64,000 nucleotides of DNA from Larinioides sclopetarius (Eukaryota). The position numbers were made by a program, and so were the translations under genes. Shown here in pieces: positions 1 through 13,700 of the stretch (positions within the stretch are counted from its first letter, which is position 1; every line of letters begins with the position of its first letter). The notes under the pieces were generated by a model that worked only from the letters and a program-made list of their open reading frames with translations, searched no databases and had not been told where the DNA came from. The stretch is from NCBI GenBank assembly GCA_964023285.1, contig CAXIEN010000102.1, positions 2,999,528 to 3,063,527 on the forward strand, written 5' to 3'.

Positions 1-3000
1 GATAAGAATGGGGTACAAGTATCACAAAACAATAAATGACTTCCAAAATTTCTAGAATATTGAATGAGCATTCTATAGAGAAAGTAATGCTTTTTCATAA
101 GCTTTGATATTAATAATAAAAAATTAATTTTATGATTTTTATGCCTAATGTTAATTTTCAGATAACAGTTGACCTTATTTTGATTTGGCATCTCTAACTA
201 TGATGAAAGCTAATGATAGAAAAGCTTCAGTGTACATGAATGAAATCCTTGTACAACACTTGTGCCAACTAGGAATGTAACCAATATTTGGTGGCCAATT
301 ACGAAGCTGATATTAGACTAAATATTTTCAAGATGATTTTAAAAAAAAAATATCCTGTTATGAAAAAAACAAAAAATATTTTATAATTGTATTTTTTATC
401 CAAAAAAATACTAACATTTCCTCAGTTTTAAGTTGAAAAGTATATAAATGTATTCACTAACTTTACATGTCATTTATTAGATAAAGCCTGCAACTATAAT
501 TTAATAACAGCTCTTTACTGAATGCTTAAAAGATATTTACCTGAATATATTTTTAAAAATATATACTTATCAAAGAATATTGCAGAATTATATAATGATA
601 CATTATCAAAAAATCTTATAACATTTATTAAATTTTAGGGGAAGAATGAGCATTAGGTGAAATTCAACTATAGTGTGGTTTATAATCTAGATATACAAGT
701 ACTACAGTTGAAGGGTTAAAGAAAAAAAATTACTAGATGTGGGAAAATAGAAGTCAAAAAGATATATATTTTAAAGAATGTGAATTAATGTTCTGATTTT
801 AAAAAAAGAAATTTGTTTTAGTTAAATAAAAAACATGAATGATGACAAACAAGTGTTTTTTAAGTTTTAAATAAATTTTCTAATAATTTAATATTTTTAT
901 AAAATTATACTACAATATAATTAAGTTAGATCCCCATTGTCTTGTTCTTAGAAATCTTTTTATTTTAAATTAATTAATTAAACTGCAATAAAATTAATCA
1001 AATTGGTCTTATTATTCTTTTGGAGCAGCTGAAATATACCGCACTATTACTCAAAGACAAGTTAAGAAAATAACAAAGATAACGCTAGACTTCCGGTGAT
1101 GCACTCATCATCCAGGTAGGTCGTGTTTCTACGCGTTTAGGGGTTACTTTCTTTAGAGTTCGCCAATAAACCAAAGTAGATTTCTTTTTACATCTTGTGC
1201 ACCAACATTTCGTACTCAAAAAGCAAATCTTCTGTAGATTGAATTTTTTTTTCTGAAGGAAGCCTGATCTGAATTAAAGGGAAATCCGATAAATATCGAA
1301 AGTAGAAATCTCACATTAGAAGATTTTATGCAGAAAAAAAAAAGAATTGATTACATCAACCAAGCTTTCATGTTATCTTGAAATACAGGATATATTAATT
1401 AATAGTAATAAAAAAAGTTATTGAATGATGCTTGAATAATAATTGAATTGCAATTCAAATTTTAAACTGTTAAAACATTTTAGTTCATTAGTTAAACTTT
1501 TAGTTTATTTTACTAATATGGAGTTTTGAAAAATTGAGATAGGTCCATTGAATGCGAACAGCACAACCGAAAGATTTATATTGAATTGTAAATATTTTTC
1601 GTACCACGCTTATATTTTTCATTGTTTGCAAATTATAATCTGAGGGATAGAAATATTTTCATATATTTCTGCTAATTATTATTGCGTCAAGTATATTATA
1701 ACAAACGGTTAAATAAAAAAACTATTGTTTTAATATAATTTGAAGCATCAAATGAAAAGGATATCTAATTTTAACTACCTAATTAATCGTTATTTTAAAT
1801 TTTAACTTTTACATTTTGATTCATAAGTCTTTAACTTGACAGACGAAAGTGTTCATCAACAATAGTAATTTAATTGCAATATTTGTGATTGAAATATTGT
1901 AGGAACCGCATCTTTTTCTTTAACCAAGTCCCTCCGAATTTTTCTCGGTCGAAACAATCTTCACTAAAATGATTTGAACATATCAGAGTGCTATTCATCA
2001 CTTTGAAATTCTCCCTTTTCAATTTATTTTCCCATATTTTTTTTAACGATTTTCATCCTTTGGGAAGCTGAAATTTAAAAAATTTTTAAAATGTGTAAAT
2101 GAACTGTATCTAAACAAAAAGATAATTTTTTAGGTTTTATTCAGGTTCACATACAAAATTATTAATGATAAACTCTTTTATTTGTGAATTTTTTCAAAAT
2201 ATTAGTTTCCAAATGTATTAAACAAAGTTTTAATCATGACTTTTTACTTTACTAATTTTTATTTGAATTCGAGATGAATTCTTTCATTTAACAAACTCAC
2301 ACTGACGTCGCCAAAATGCGCGCCAATTCCATTTAAATGGATCTTTAAGATAAAAAATATTATGATAATGTATATAGAAATGATGAAATTTACTTAGCAA
2401 TGAAATGTTACCGGTCCTTTTTTAATGAATTTTTCATTACATCCAAAAACACAGCAGATTCTGACCATTTTTCATAAATTACGGCAGCTCTTCAAGAACG
2501 ATTCCCATAGAGTAACATTGGAAATGCAGCGAGGAAGAATTGATAGTCGTCTTGTCATGTGATAAAAACCAGTTTTATCTTGGTCCCCAGGTCGGCAATA
2601 GCTATGCGCGTTCCATAGTTTAGTAGTTCAATGGGAGTTCCGCTCAAACTCGGACACATGGAGCAAAAAAATATTGTTGAAATTAAAGAGCAAACATTTT
2701 GAAAATAGATTTTCATTGCAGAGAATATCAGTTGTTATTTAAAGCAAAATTCTGTTAAAATATGTCAATTACTTTAAAATAAATTAGGATAATTGGGGAA
2801 CTATTTCACTAGGCGGAATAATACAATTTCTTACTTTTGTTGTATAACAAACTTAACCTGTCTTGGACTATAGCATAAACAAAGATGGCAGATGTTCTTT
2901 CCTAAAGGTTTGCTGTGCCAATCAAATCAAACCTCACCAAATCCCTGTGTGGGTGCTATATATCCCAGCTGTACCCTTCTTTTCTATATTCATTTTATTC

Positions 3001-4619
3001 AAAACTAGCAGAATACCTGGCCTTGCAAAGTCTTTTTAAAGTCAAAAGTGCTTATAAGACTGGTTTCTGTATTATTATTACTATAAATATTTATATAAGT
3101 TTTTTATAACAAGAATAAATAGTTTTATGTGTGTATGTGAATATCTGTAACTCAATAGTATTAAAATAGCATTCCTTTAAAATATATCTTAGTGGGTAAT
3201 ATTACAAATATTCCTTGCACTATTCATTAGTTCGGGGGAACACTTTATTTTAGGAATCCTAATCATAAGAATTCCATGCTAATGTCGGGGCACTCAAGCA
3301 GGATCAAAGGACCGAAAATTTTCTGCAAAAGGGGCGGCGTGCCGTGTAAATACCACATAAAATGATAGCTGCTAATAAGTACCCCCTTCAAGAGCCTACT
3401 TGTTGAACTGAAATCAACTTGCTTAACAAACTATTACTATTCAAGTCTATTCTCATATATTGTCAACTAACAGACATGGCAAATTCACTCACAAAACTAT
3501 ATTGGTTAAGTGAAGTTAATTTAATAGAAGCATTCTATGGGCTTGGGAGTTAGCTTTTATACCTGTTTACACAGGAAATGATATTACAGGTAATGAAGTA
3601 ATGTCTTAAGTTTCTGGGGATTACTGGTTGAACAAAAAAGATATTCAAATGTTATCTAGAAAGTTCTATTCATCAGCAACTCATCAAGGTTTGTCTCAAA
3701 AATATCACCAAGTCATTGCATTTATACAGTTCGTAACATTATTGACTTAATCACACTTGATATATGAATGAAAAGTGAATATTTTTAGCAATATTTAAAG
3801 GAAGGTGCTTTAATTAGGAATTAAAAACAGCAATAATGAAACTTTTTGCTTCCAAATAAAAGTGTTTTCTATCTTGATGGTTTTCTTGCCAAAAAAAAAA
3901 AGGAAAAAACAGAAATCTTTTCTCCTTGAAGCACATTAACAGAATTTTTTGGGGTCAAGAGAAAGCAGTCTGGATAAAGACTTCATTTTATCAGGCTTTA
4001 AAAACCTTTTTAAAAGACTTTTTATTAAGTACAGTAGAAGTTTAATATCTTGAAATCCAATGAATCTGGAAAAAAAATTCATGGTAATGTGTGTGTGAGG
4101 TTACCCCTCCAAGCATTCAAATTTGCACATAATTATAAGGTTATGAATATATTGTAAAATATTACAGCCAGAGAGAATTAAATGTCTAAACACAACAATA
4201 ATTTGAATATCACAATTCATAGCAATGATATTAATTTCTTACTTGTATAAAATTATTAAAACAATGTATTTGTAATAACGCTTCAATTTAAAATTTCTTA
4301 AAAAGTTCAGCCTTCCATAGGTAATCAAGTTTTTGTTATCAAGATGACATTTTATTTTTTATCATTATTTATCAGTGAAGCTATTTAGTCAAGTTAAATC
4401 AGAATAAATCTTAAGATAATACTTAAAATATATATTAATTTTTGCATAGAATCTAATAGTAGATGCAAGGAAATATAGGAGGACTACGAGTCCTGTTTTT
4501 TAGGGTAAACAAACATGGCAGTTGTTTTGCAGCACCAACCAAACAAAATTTTGTAAAATTTCCAAGCTGTACCATAACCACCACTCAACAAGTTACTTGA
4601 ACCTTTATGTTAGAAATGT

Positions 4620-6009
4620 AGGGTAGATGCTCCAGTTATGGCCACCTTAAGAGAAAATTAATTGCAAAAATCACAGTAGATGACTGTTTAAAGCATATTG
4701 AACTATATACTGTTATTTAACAAATTCTATTTGCTGCCTGCTAGTTATAAAATCTTTCTTAAGAAAATCTTAGGTTTTGTATTATTTATAAAGAAATTAA
4801 TCCTGTTATGACCATTTCAATGAATTTTAAGTAAAAATAAATCATTATGCAATATGCATTTCAGTTACTTAAAAGCTGATTTTTTTGATGAATTTATAAA
4901 TTTTACCTAAACTGATTTCAGCTGCAGATTCATTTTTTTAACTAAAAATTAATTTAGTTTTGATAAAATACAAACTGTATGTACTCTTTCTTTTTTGCTG
5001 AAATATGAAACAAAGAATGGGGAACAAGGACAAGAGCACCTTTAGGTGTTTAAAAAACGAAGTTTCATAAGTGTTGTAAACTAAATGTGTGTTATACAAA
5101 ACACTTGCATCTTTACAACTTCCCTAAACCAATTTTTGATTTTATCCTCAGTGACATTTTTGCCCAGATGCTTTACTCAATTACTCAGCTTTCTTACAGC
5201 TAATTTTTGGATGCCTTGTCATAAAACACTAGTATCACATTCTGCCTGGCCTCCCATATTGAAATGGAGTTTCAATATTGCTGGCCTGAACAATCTTTTA
5301 AACTGAATCTAGAAGTTACTCTTTGGTATTCCCATTCGTGCTATTTTCAAAATCCATTCTTCTACATCTCTTCCTAATATTGCTTTAGGACCAGCAGTTC
5401 CATATGAAGTGGTGCTCGTCCTGCAATCTTGTGACACAAGGTGAGACGAGAAACTCCAAAAGTTCCTTTAGAAGATGAGTAGAAAAAACTTTATAGAAAT
5501 GTTACCTGGCTTCTTTTTAATTGGAGCTATTACTATATGGAAAGAAAACTAAATCAGTCAATTTTATTTTAGAAACAAAATTAAATTATTTTGTTTCATC
5601 TAGATATCCTTAAATTTATGTATTGTCTACAACCATAATAAAGTATGTGGCAATTGCATGGCCAAAACTGGCACATACTGCAAATTTGAAGAACCAATTT
5701 TAATATAAAATCAGAAGAATAAGAAAACTTATGTCAAGAACTCGAAGGAAAATCAGTTCTAGATTAAACATTCAATTCTGACAACCTGTAGAAGAAAAAT
5801 TACAAAACTTTAACAGTTGTGAGCATAAAATATTTGATCATGCATTTAATTTTTTAACGAATCACATCTTTGAGAAAAATGAACCAATCAGATTAAAAAT
5901 AGTAAAATAAGGATTGTTTCAAATGTTGGAATGTCTTTTATTGGTTAATTTCAACTTATTAGTTATTGGAAAAACAGATCCAATGTGGCCATAACTGGAG
6001 CATCTACCC
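4620..6009. mobile_element. Non-autonomous DNA transposon (Tc1/mariner- or Stowaway-like), 1390 bp, perfect 25-bp TIRs, TA target-site duplication
   Basis: GGGTAGATGCTCCAGTTATGGCCAC at 4620-4644 is the exact reverse complement of 5985-6009. TA lies immediately outside both ends (4618-19 and 6010-11). There is no long ORF inside. Confidence 0.6.
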
Positions 6010-6736
6010 TACCAAAACAAATTCTTCAAATCCAAAAGAAAAATCTTATTATTAGTTAATAGTAAACGCCTAGCAGAACTTGTTGCCATGCTTTGTAACC
6101 ATCTTTTGAACTAATTCAACCAAAAAACGCTAATAACAGTAAAACACAATTTTCAAGAAGCATTTAAGGCCTCTAACTTCATGAAATTAGTTCATAATCC
6201 AAAATGATATTGTAAATAACTTGAAATAAACATCAAGATTCATATATAATTTTGAAATTTATAATAATTATTAACAAAACATTAAATTTAATTGCTTGAA
6301 TTTTTTTACTCACCAAAAAAACTGCACCAAAATTGAATTATCATAAGCTAAGGGAGAAAAAACTAGTAAATACAAGGGCAATATTCTAATATAATAACAT
6401 AGAAAAGATCACTATTAATGAAAATGGCAAGGAATCTGATTTCTATATCGCACTTGTAAAATTACAACTTACCCACAATTGGCATTCTTATGCAAATCAA
6501 AAGTTTCAAATACATACTTTTTAACATTATAGTGATAATTTACCTTACTAGAATCTATAAACAAAAATTAACACAAGTATTGTGTAGAATACTTTTATTG
6601 AATTTTAAGGACAAGAACAGTGTAACTAGAACTTCTGAATACAATACAGGATTGTATTTGGGGTTAATTAATGTCCAAAATTTAAAAGATTGAAATCTTG
6701 TGTATATACTTTTGGATCTCACACTGAAACTGTTCT

Positions 6737-8046
<1,310 letters not shown>

Positions 8047-10791
8047 ATGACATTATCTGGTAATTTTAGTTTCCTCATCAATTTGACTATTCTTTTCATA
8101 TTAATTGCAATTGTTAATTCTCTTTATGAAGACCAAGTTGGAAAATTTGATTGGAGGCAGCAATATATTGGTAAAGTGAAATTTGCGTATATTGATCCTG
8201 CTATTGGAGGTTCACAGAAATTTATAGTTGCCACAGAGGAAAATGTTTTGGCCTGTTTAAGTGTACGCACTGGTAGTATTATATGGAGACAAGTTCTAGA
8301 AAGTGAAGATATAGGTGTAATTGATACTATCTCTGAAGAGGGTGATCTGATAACAATTAGTGGTGGAGGGCAGTTTATCCGAAGTTGGGATACAAACACG
8401 GGTGTTTTACTGTGGGAAACATCTTTCCCTAATGCACCCAGTACTGATGCATTACTTTACTTTCAAATTAGCTCTGCAACTAAGGAAATAATTAGAATTG
8501 AGATGTTACCTATGCAACATACCAAAGTTTCTGTGTATAGTTACACACGAGGATCCTTAAAAACTTCAAATATAATCCCCTCACCATGGTTTGATAAATC
8601 TTCTAACTGTAGTTTTATTTCCAATAACTACTTTGTTTGCATTGAAAGCAATAAGAAGAGCTTACAGCTCCTGTCAGTTAAAGATAGTGGTGCTTTTATA
8701 CCTGTTACTTTAGCAAGTCTGGGTATTGAAGTTGCACAAAATATTAAAGAAGTCAAAGCAGTAGCTTTACCATATCAAGGATCATCAGATAAACCATCAA
8801 TGGCATTACAGTTTGAAGATAGTGGAATGCTTTTGCAGATACATCCTCCTGGAATAAAGCTAATAAAAATTTTACCTAGCATAAGCAAAATTACTTCTAC
8901 TCTTGTAGATGATAAATTAGTTAAGTTTACTTTAGTACAATCTGGCAATATTTACAAAATAAAAGCTTTAGATATTGAATCAAAAAAAGAATTAGAAAAT
9001 TTAGACGGAACATTTTCTTTGTCAGAAGATCATGGAGACTTGGAACTATTCTTTATCCTTCCATACATTAAAAAAGATCATGGTGTTAGCTATAAAATGT
9101 TGTTACTATTTGAAGACCACTCAATTCTTGTGATTCATCAGCAGGGAAGATTAGTTTGGACCCGTGAGGAAGCTTTATCCAACATTGTTTCATCAGAAAT
9201 ATTAGACTTGCCACTGTCGGATACAGATGCGAATATCGAGCAAGAATTTGGACAACCAGATGCAAACCCTCTTAGTATGTTTTTGAACAGATTAAAGTCT
9301 CAGGTTTATTTATTGCAGTCATATTTATTACGTGTTCTCATTGGTTTCAAAGGTGACAGCGATCATGTTGGTGTAGATAAAAAAAGTCTAACTCGAGATA
9401 CTTTTGGATTGCACAAGATAATTGTTGTCATTACTAAACCAGGAAAAGCATTTGGAATTGACAACCTCTCTGGGTTAATTATTTGGAGCCATTTTGAGAA
9501 AGATCTCTCTCCTTTCAGCTTGAAAGAGAAACCTTATTTTTCGTTATTTGTCCAAAGAACAACAGCTCATTTTCCTTACCCTCCTGTTTGCACTGCTGTA
9601 GGAAGGCATGCCCATACTCAGCAGAGTCGCATCTATTCTTTTGATCCTATCACAGGTGTTACGATAGAATCAAAAGTTTTACAATATACTGTAATACAGG
9701 TGATGCCAGTTGGAACACTTAGTTATTATTTGCGAGAAATTCTTCTATTAGATTCAGACCTGAGGGTTCATGTTTATCCAGAATCTCATGATATATCAAG
9801 ACACAAAAATTCCCATTTTATGTTTACTGCAGAACCTGCTTTTGGTACCTTGATAGGTTACTCCATGGTCGCAGATAAAGCTAACAGTCTAAAAGCTATT
9901 GAAGCTTGGAAAATGAAGTTGCCTCAACCAATTATTAATGTAGCTACTAAAAGGCATTCAGAACATGTACACTCGCAAGGAAGAGTCATGGGTGATAGAA
10001 GTGTATTGTATAAATACTTGAATCCAAATTTGGCTGCAGTTTTCACTGAAGGTAATGACTCTATTCAAAAGACCTTCTGCAACCTTTATCTCATCGACAT
10101 TGTTTCTGGCCTGGTTGTTTACTCGGCCTCACACAAGAGGTGCAAGAGCCCTATTCACGTTGTTCATTCAGAAAACTGGATAATTTACAGCTACTACAAT
10201 GATAAATCAAGAAGAATTGAAGTTTCATCAATTGAATTATTTGAAGGAAAATATCAAAGTAATACTACAGCATTCTCTTCATTTGCACCACCTCCTTTAC
10301 CTCTTGTTGAGCATCAAACATTCATATTCCCATCAACTATTTTGACAATGGCAGATACAGTTACAGAGAGAGGAATGACTAACAAGCACCTTTTAATGGC
10401 TTTACCTTCTGGTGGAATTCTAGAGCTACCCAAAACTTTCCTGGATCCAAGACGTCCCATCACGCCTTTGCCGGAACATCGAGAAGAAGGTCTCATTCCT
10501 TATATTCCAGAACTTCCTATAATGTCTGAAGGCATCATAAATTATAATCAAAGTGTTTCAAGAGTTCGAGACATAGTCACTGCACCTTCTGGCCTAGAGT
10601 CAACTTGTTTAGTTTTTGTTCATGGACTTGATTTGTTTTATACTCGTATAACTCCATCAAAAACTTTTGACATTCTGAAAGACGACTTTGATCATTATTT
10701 AATTAGTGTAGTGCTACTAGGATTGGTAGCCTTGTCATATACTACAAAAAGGTTAGCAGCTCGCAAAACACTCAGAGCTGCATGGAAATAG
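8047..10791 (+). CDS. EMC1: ER membrane protein complex subunit 1 (EMC1), single-exon 914-aa ORF
   Basis: There is an N-terminal hydrophobic signal peptide, followed immediately by the conserved YEDQVGKFDWRQQYIGKVKFA motif found after the signal peptide in EMC1/KIAA0090 orthologues. PQQ-like repeats follow. The C-terminus has the DUF1620-type single TM segment (DDFDHYLISVVLLGLVALSYTTKRLAARKTLRAAWK). The ORF is continuous with no in-frame stops. Confidence 0.9.
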   Translation: MTLSGNFSFLINLTILFILIAIVNSLYEDQVGKFDWRQQYIGKVKFAYIDPAIGGSQKFIVATEENVLACLSVRTGSIIWRQVLESEDIGVIDTISEEGDLITISGGGQFIRSWDTNTGVLLWETSFPNAPSTDALLYFQISSATKEIIRIEMLPMQHTKVSVYSYTRGSLKTSNIIPSPWFDKSSNCSFISNNYFVCIESNKKSLQLLSVKDSGAFIPVTLASLGIEVAQNIKEVKAVALPYQGSSDKPSMALQFEDSGMLLQIHPPGIKLIKILPSISKITSTLVDDKLVKFTLVQSGNIYKIKALDIESKKELENLDGTFSLSEDHGDLELFFILPYIKKDHGVSYKMLLLFEDHSILVIHQQGRLVWTREEALSNIVSSEILDLPLSDTDANIEQEFGQPDANPLSMFLNRLKSQVYLLQSYLLRVLIGFKGDSDHVGVDKKSLTRDTFGLHKIIVVITKPGKAFGIDNLSGLIIWSHFEKDLSPFSLKEKPYFSLFVQRTTAHFPYPPVCTAVGRHAHTQQSRIYSFDPITGVTIESKVLQYTVIQVMPVGTLSYYLREILLLDSDLRVHVYPESHDISRHKNSHFMFTAEPAFGTLIGYSMVADKANSLKAIEAWKMKLPQPIINVATKRHSEHVHSQGRVMGDRSVLYKYLNPNLAAVFTEGNDSIQKTFCNLYLIDIVSGLVVYSASHKRCKSPIHVVHSENWIIYSYYNDKSRRIEVSSIELFEGKYQSNTTAFSSFAPPPLPLVEHQTFIFPSTILTMADTVTERGMTNKHLLMALPSGGILELPKTFLDPRRPITPLPEHREEGLIPYIPELPIMSEGIINYNQSVSRVRDIVTAPSGLESTCLVFVHGLDLFYTRITPSKTFDILKDDFDHYLISVVLLGLVALSYTTKRLAARKTLRAAWK

Positions 10792-13700
10792 TCAAAAAAT
10801 TGAACATTATATACCATACACTATGCAAAAAAAAAACTGTAATATAAATGTTGGGAAATATTTATTGCCATAGCATGTTTATAAAAATCATTGTTATATT
10901 ATTTATTTTGAAATTACATCTGATGTATACAGCAAATTGATGTTTATCTGAAAATATAATTTTTAAAAAAATTTATATTATACTTTTGGTTGTGTGTATT
11001 TTTTTAAACCATTGTTTCCCTGTATATATTTTATCTTTTAGCAGGAGAAAACATGCAGTATTGAAAATTTAGTGATTTTTTATCTCGTCTTTCATTGATA
11101 CTTTGAACAAAGCAGCCCAGAGAAAATATTTCAAAGGTTCATTGCATATTTTCTCTTAAAATATAACTAATAATAGCATTGATTTCAGAAGCATATATTT
11201 CTCCAGTATTCAAAAAGAAAAAAAATCATTGAACTGTGATTATGTAAATGAAATTTGATGAAAAATATTAAGTTTTCAAATTAGCTTTCAAAAAATTTTA
11301 TTTATTAGTCTATCTATAAAAAATCTATTTGTCTGTCTATAAAAAATAAACAAATATTATTGCATTGCATAGCAAGTTGTAAATATATTCTTTTTGTTTG
11401 TTAATAAATGAACTTGATCAATTTTTGACTGTTAAAAATTAAAATTTTGAGAAAAGCATACATATATGTGTGTAATGTATTCTTATTTTATTGCTTTAAA
11501 ATAACATGTTTTTGCTCTGAAATTAAACTTTAGAGAGATTTCTTAAAAGTACCTATTCTTTTTTTCCATGAATTTTATATTAATATGTTACATATTCTTT
11601 TTCTGACGACGTTAAAATGAATAAGTCATTGCTTGAAATTATTCTAGGTATACTGTTATAGTTTACTAGATATATGTTGTACATTGATAATTTGAAGGAG
11701 TGTTTCTTTCCAAGTTTTCTGACATAAGTATATTAAGAGATGTAATGTATTAAGTTACTTCAAATTCACTGCTTTGAAATAGTAGATTTATATATATAAC
11801 AGATTTTTATAGGATAACCAGAAGTGGGGAGCCTATTTTTTTTCACTGGGAGACCTTTTTAAATTCACAGCAGAATCTTACAGATTGTTTGATAAATTAT
11901 TATTTCACAGATGAGTATATTATTTCAATCCAAATTGAAATAACTGGTAAGGCAACATATCTCCCATGCTTAGGATTGCTATATATATGAATTTGAAAAA
12001 GTATCCATCACCATTTTTCTTGTGAAAGAGATATAAATGAATAGTTTATTAAAATTTTAAAATGGAAACTAAGATTTTTTAATTGTATAATCTGAAGTTA
12101 TTCTTAAAATATTTACCAACATATTCAATTGTATGAATTATTAGTAGAAACTTAATTGGCTTTGTAACTACAATATTGTTGTAATTATCTGAAAAAATTT
12201 ATAAGTACTGGAAAATGCTTGTTTTTTCCACAATACTATTTCAAAGCAGTATAGTTAATGAAATTAGATTTATTATATGAAGTATTGGAAAATTTTTTTA
12301 ATCTTCTGTAATTGATTCTTAAAATATAGTTTGAATTAAGAATATGAAGTGCCTATTAAAATTTAATTTTAAAGAATTTTTTTTATTTAAATGAAAAAAA
12401 TTTTAGTTTTTCTGTAGTTAACATTCTCTATAACAACAAGTACTAATATCCTTTTCAATTAATTTGGTTTCTTATATTAACAATTTGTTTCGGATATACT
12501 GTTGAAATCATAATTAACGAAGATTGGATTGGGGGGGGGGGGTAGCAACAAGTGAAAATCTTGGTTGGTATTTCAACTTCCTAGCTATACCAAGATAAAC
12601 AAATATGAACCACAGCAAAGTTAGTATTTCATAGACTTTTTATAAAATGGGGAAATTACAGCTGTTATTTTTTAATTGTTCTCTCAAGATCTTGTGACCT
12701 GGTTACTTTCAAACAGATTCCTTCACCCTATTTTATATTTAGTGATTAATCACTATGTAAAGTTTCTAATAAGCATTAACAGGGCTTAATTTTTATATTT
12801 TCTTTATTAATGTAGTAAAAAGTATTTGATATTAAAGCTACAGAATGTTACTGTCTTTAGTTTCACTAAAATGAATTCATCATTAGACTTAAGTTATAAT
12901 ACATGTAGACTTTGCATCTTAAATGATCATGTTAATATTTTTCTTCAAAAAATTGTATGTACATGCATTTTTTAAAAATATATATATAATGTTTAAATAC
13001 TTTTTAGCATCTTAATTGGACTGGCCCAGAGTATTTTCTCCAGTATATAAACTTGTTTAAAAGTTTTTTAATTTTTATAGTGTCCAGATTATGCAGCATT
13101 AAGGGATAATGTGATTTTTCAACTTGTGGTTTAAGAATTGTTAATAATTGGAATTAGAACAGATAACTGATTAGTTTAGAACAAGTTTTCATTTATAGAT
13201 CTGAAACATAAGTTTCTTTTTCTAGGGCCAGATATATGTTTATTGATGTTAATTAACATTAATAAATGGTTGTATAATTAATAAAATGAAAATATAATTT
13301 ATTTATAACGGAAATTGCTCATTTGCTGGACACTTTACTGAGTTGCAAATTAGATGCACTATTTTTGAGTATGTTGTCATTTACTGAAATTTTTTTTTAG
13401 TACACTAGATAAAATTTGGTTGAACTAGTGATATTAACTAGAAGGTGGCATACTAGAATGCATATATTAGTTTATTTTATTATTGAGTTGCAGAATAAGA
13501 CTTGGAATACTGAAGAAGGTGATTAGGTGAGGAACTGAAGAAAATAAATTAGCTAAACTATTAACATGATTGTAAATATCATGTATAATGGACTTATAGA
13601 AATGGGAAGAAAATGTATGGAGAATTACTGAGGCTGTTTCTAAATTTAAGATGTGATTTTTTAATAGATTTGTATGCAGTATTTTTAATGCATATAAGAA

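Noticed and set aside
1081-1120. GC-richer segment ending in a consensus donor (catcatccag|gtaggtcg), possibly a non-coding first exon; similar CpG-containing patches lie at 2281-2340 and 2460-2660
   Set aside because: There is no ORF, no partner exon and no recognisable promoter. The window start is too close to evaluate a gene extending leftwards. It could equally be TE debris.
8124-8399. 91-codon minus-strand ORF overlapping the 5' end of EMC1, and the 6748-6948/6690-6929 ORFs overlapping NACA
   Set aside because: These are antisense or alternative-frame ORFs wholly inside well-supported conserved CDSs. They are typical shadow ORFs.
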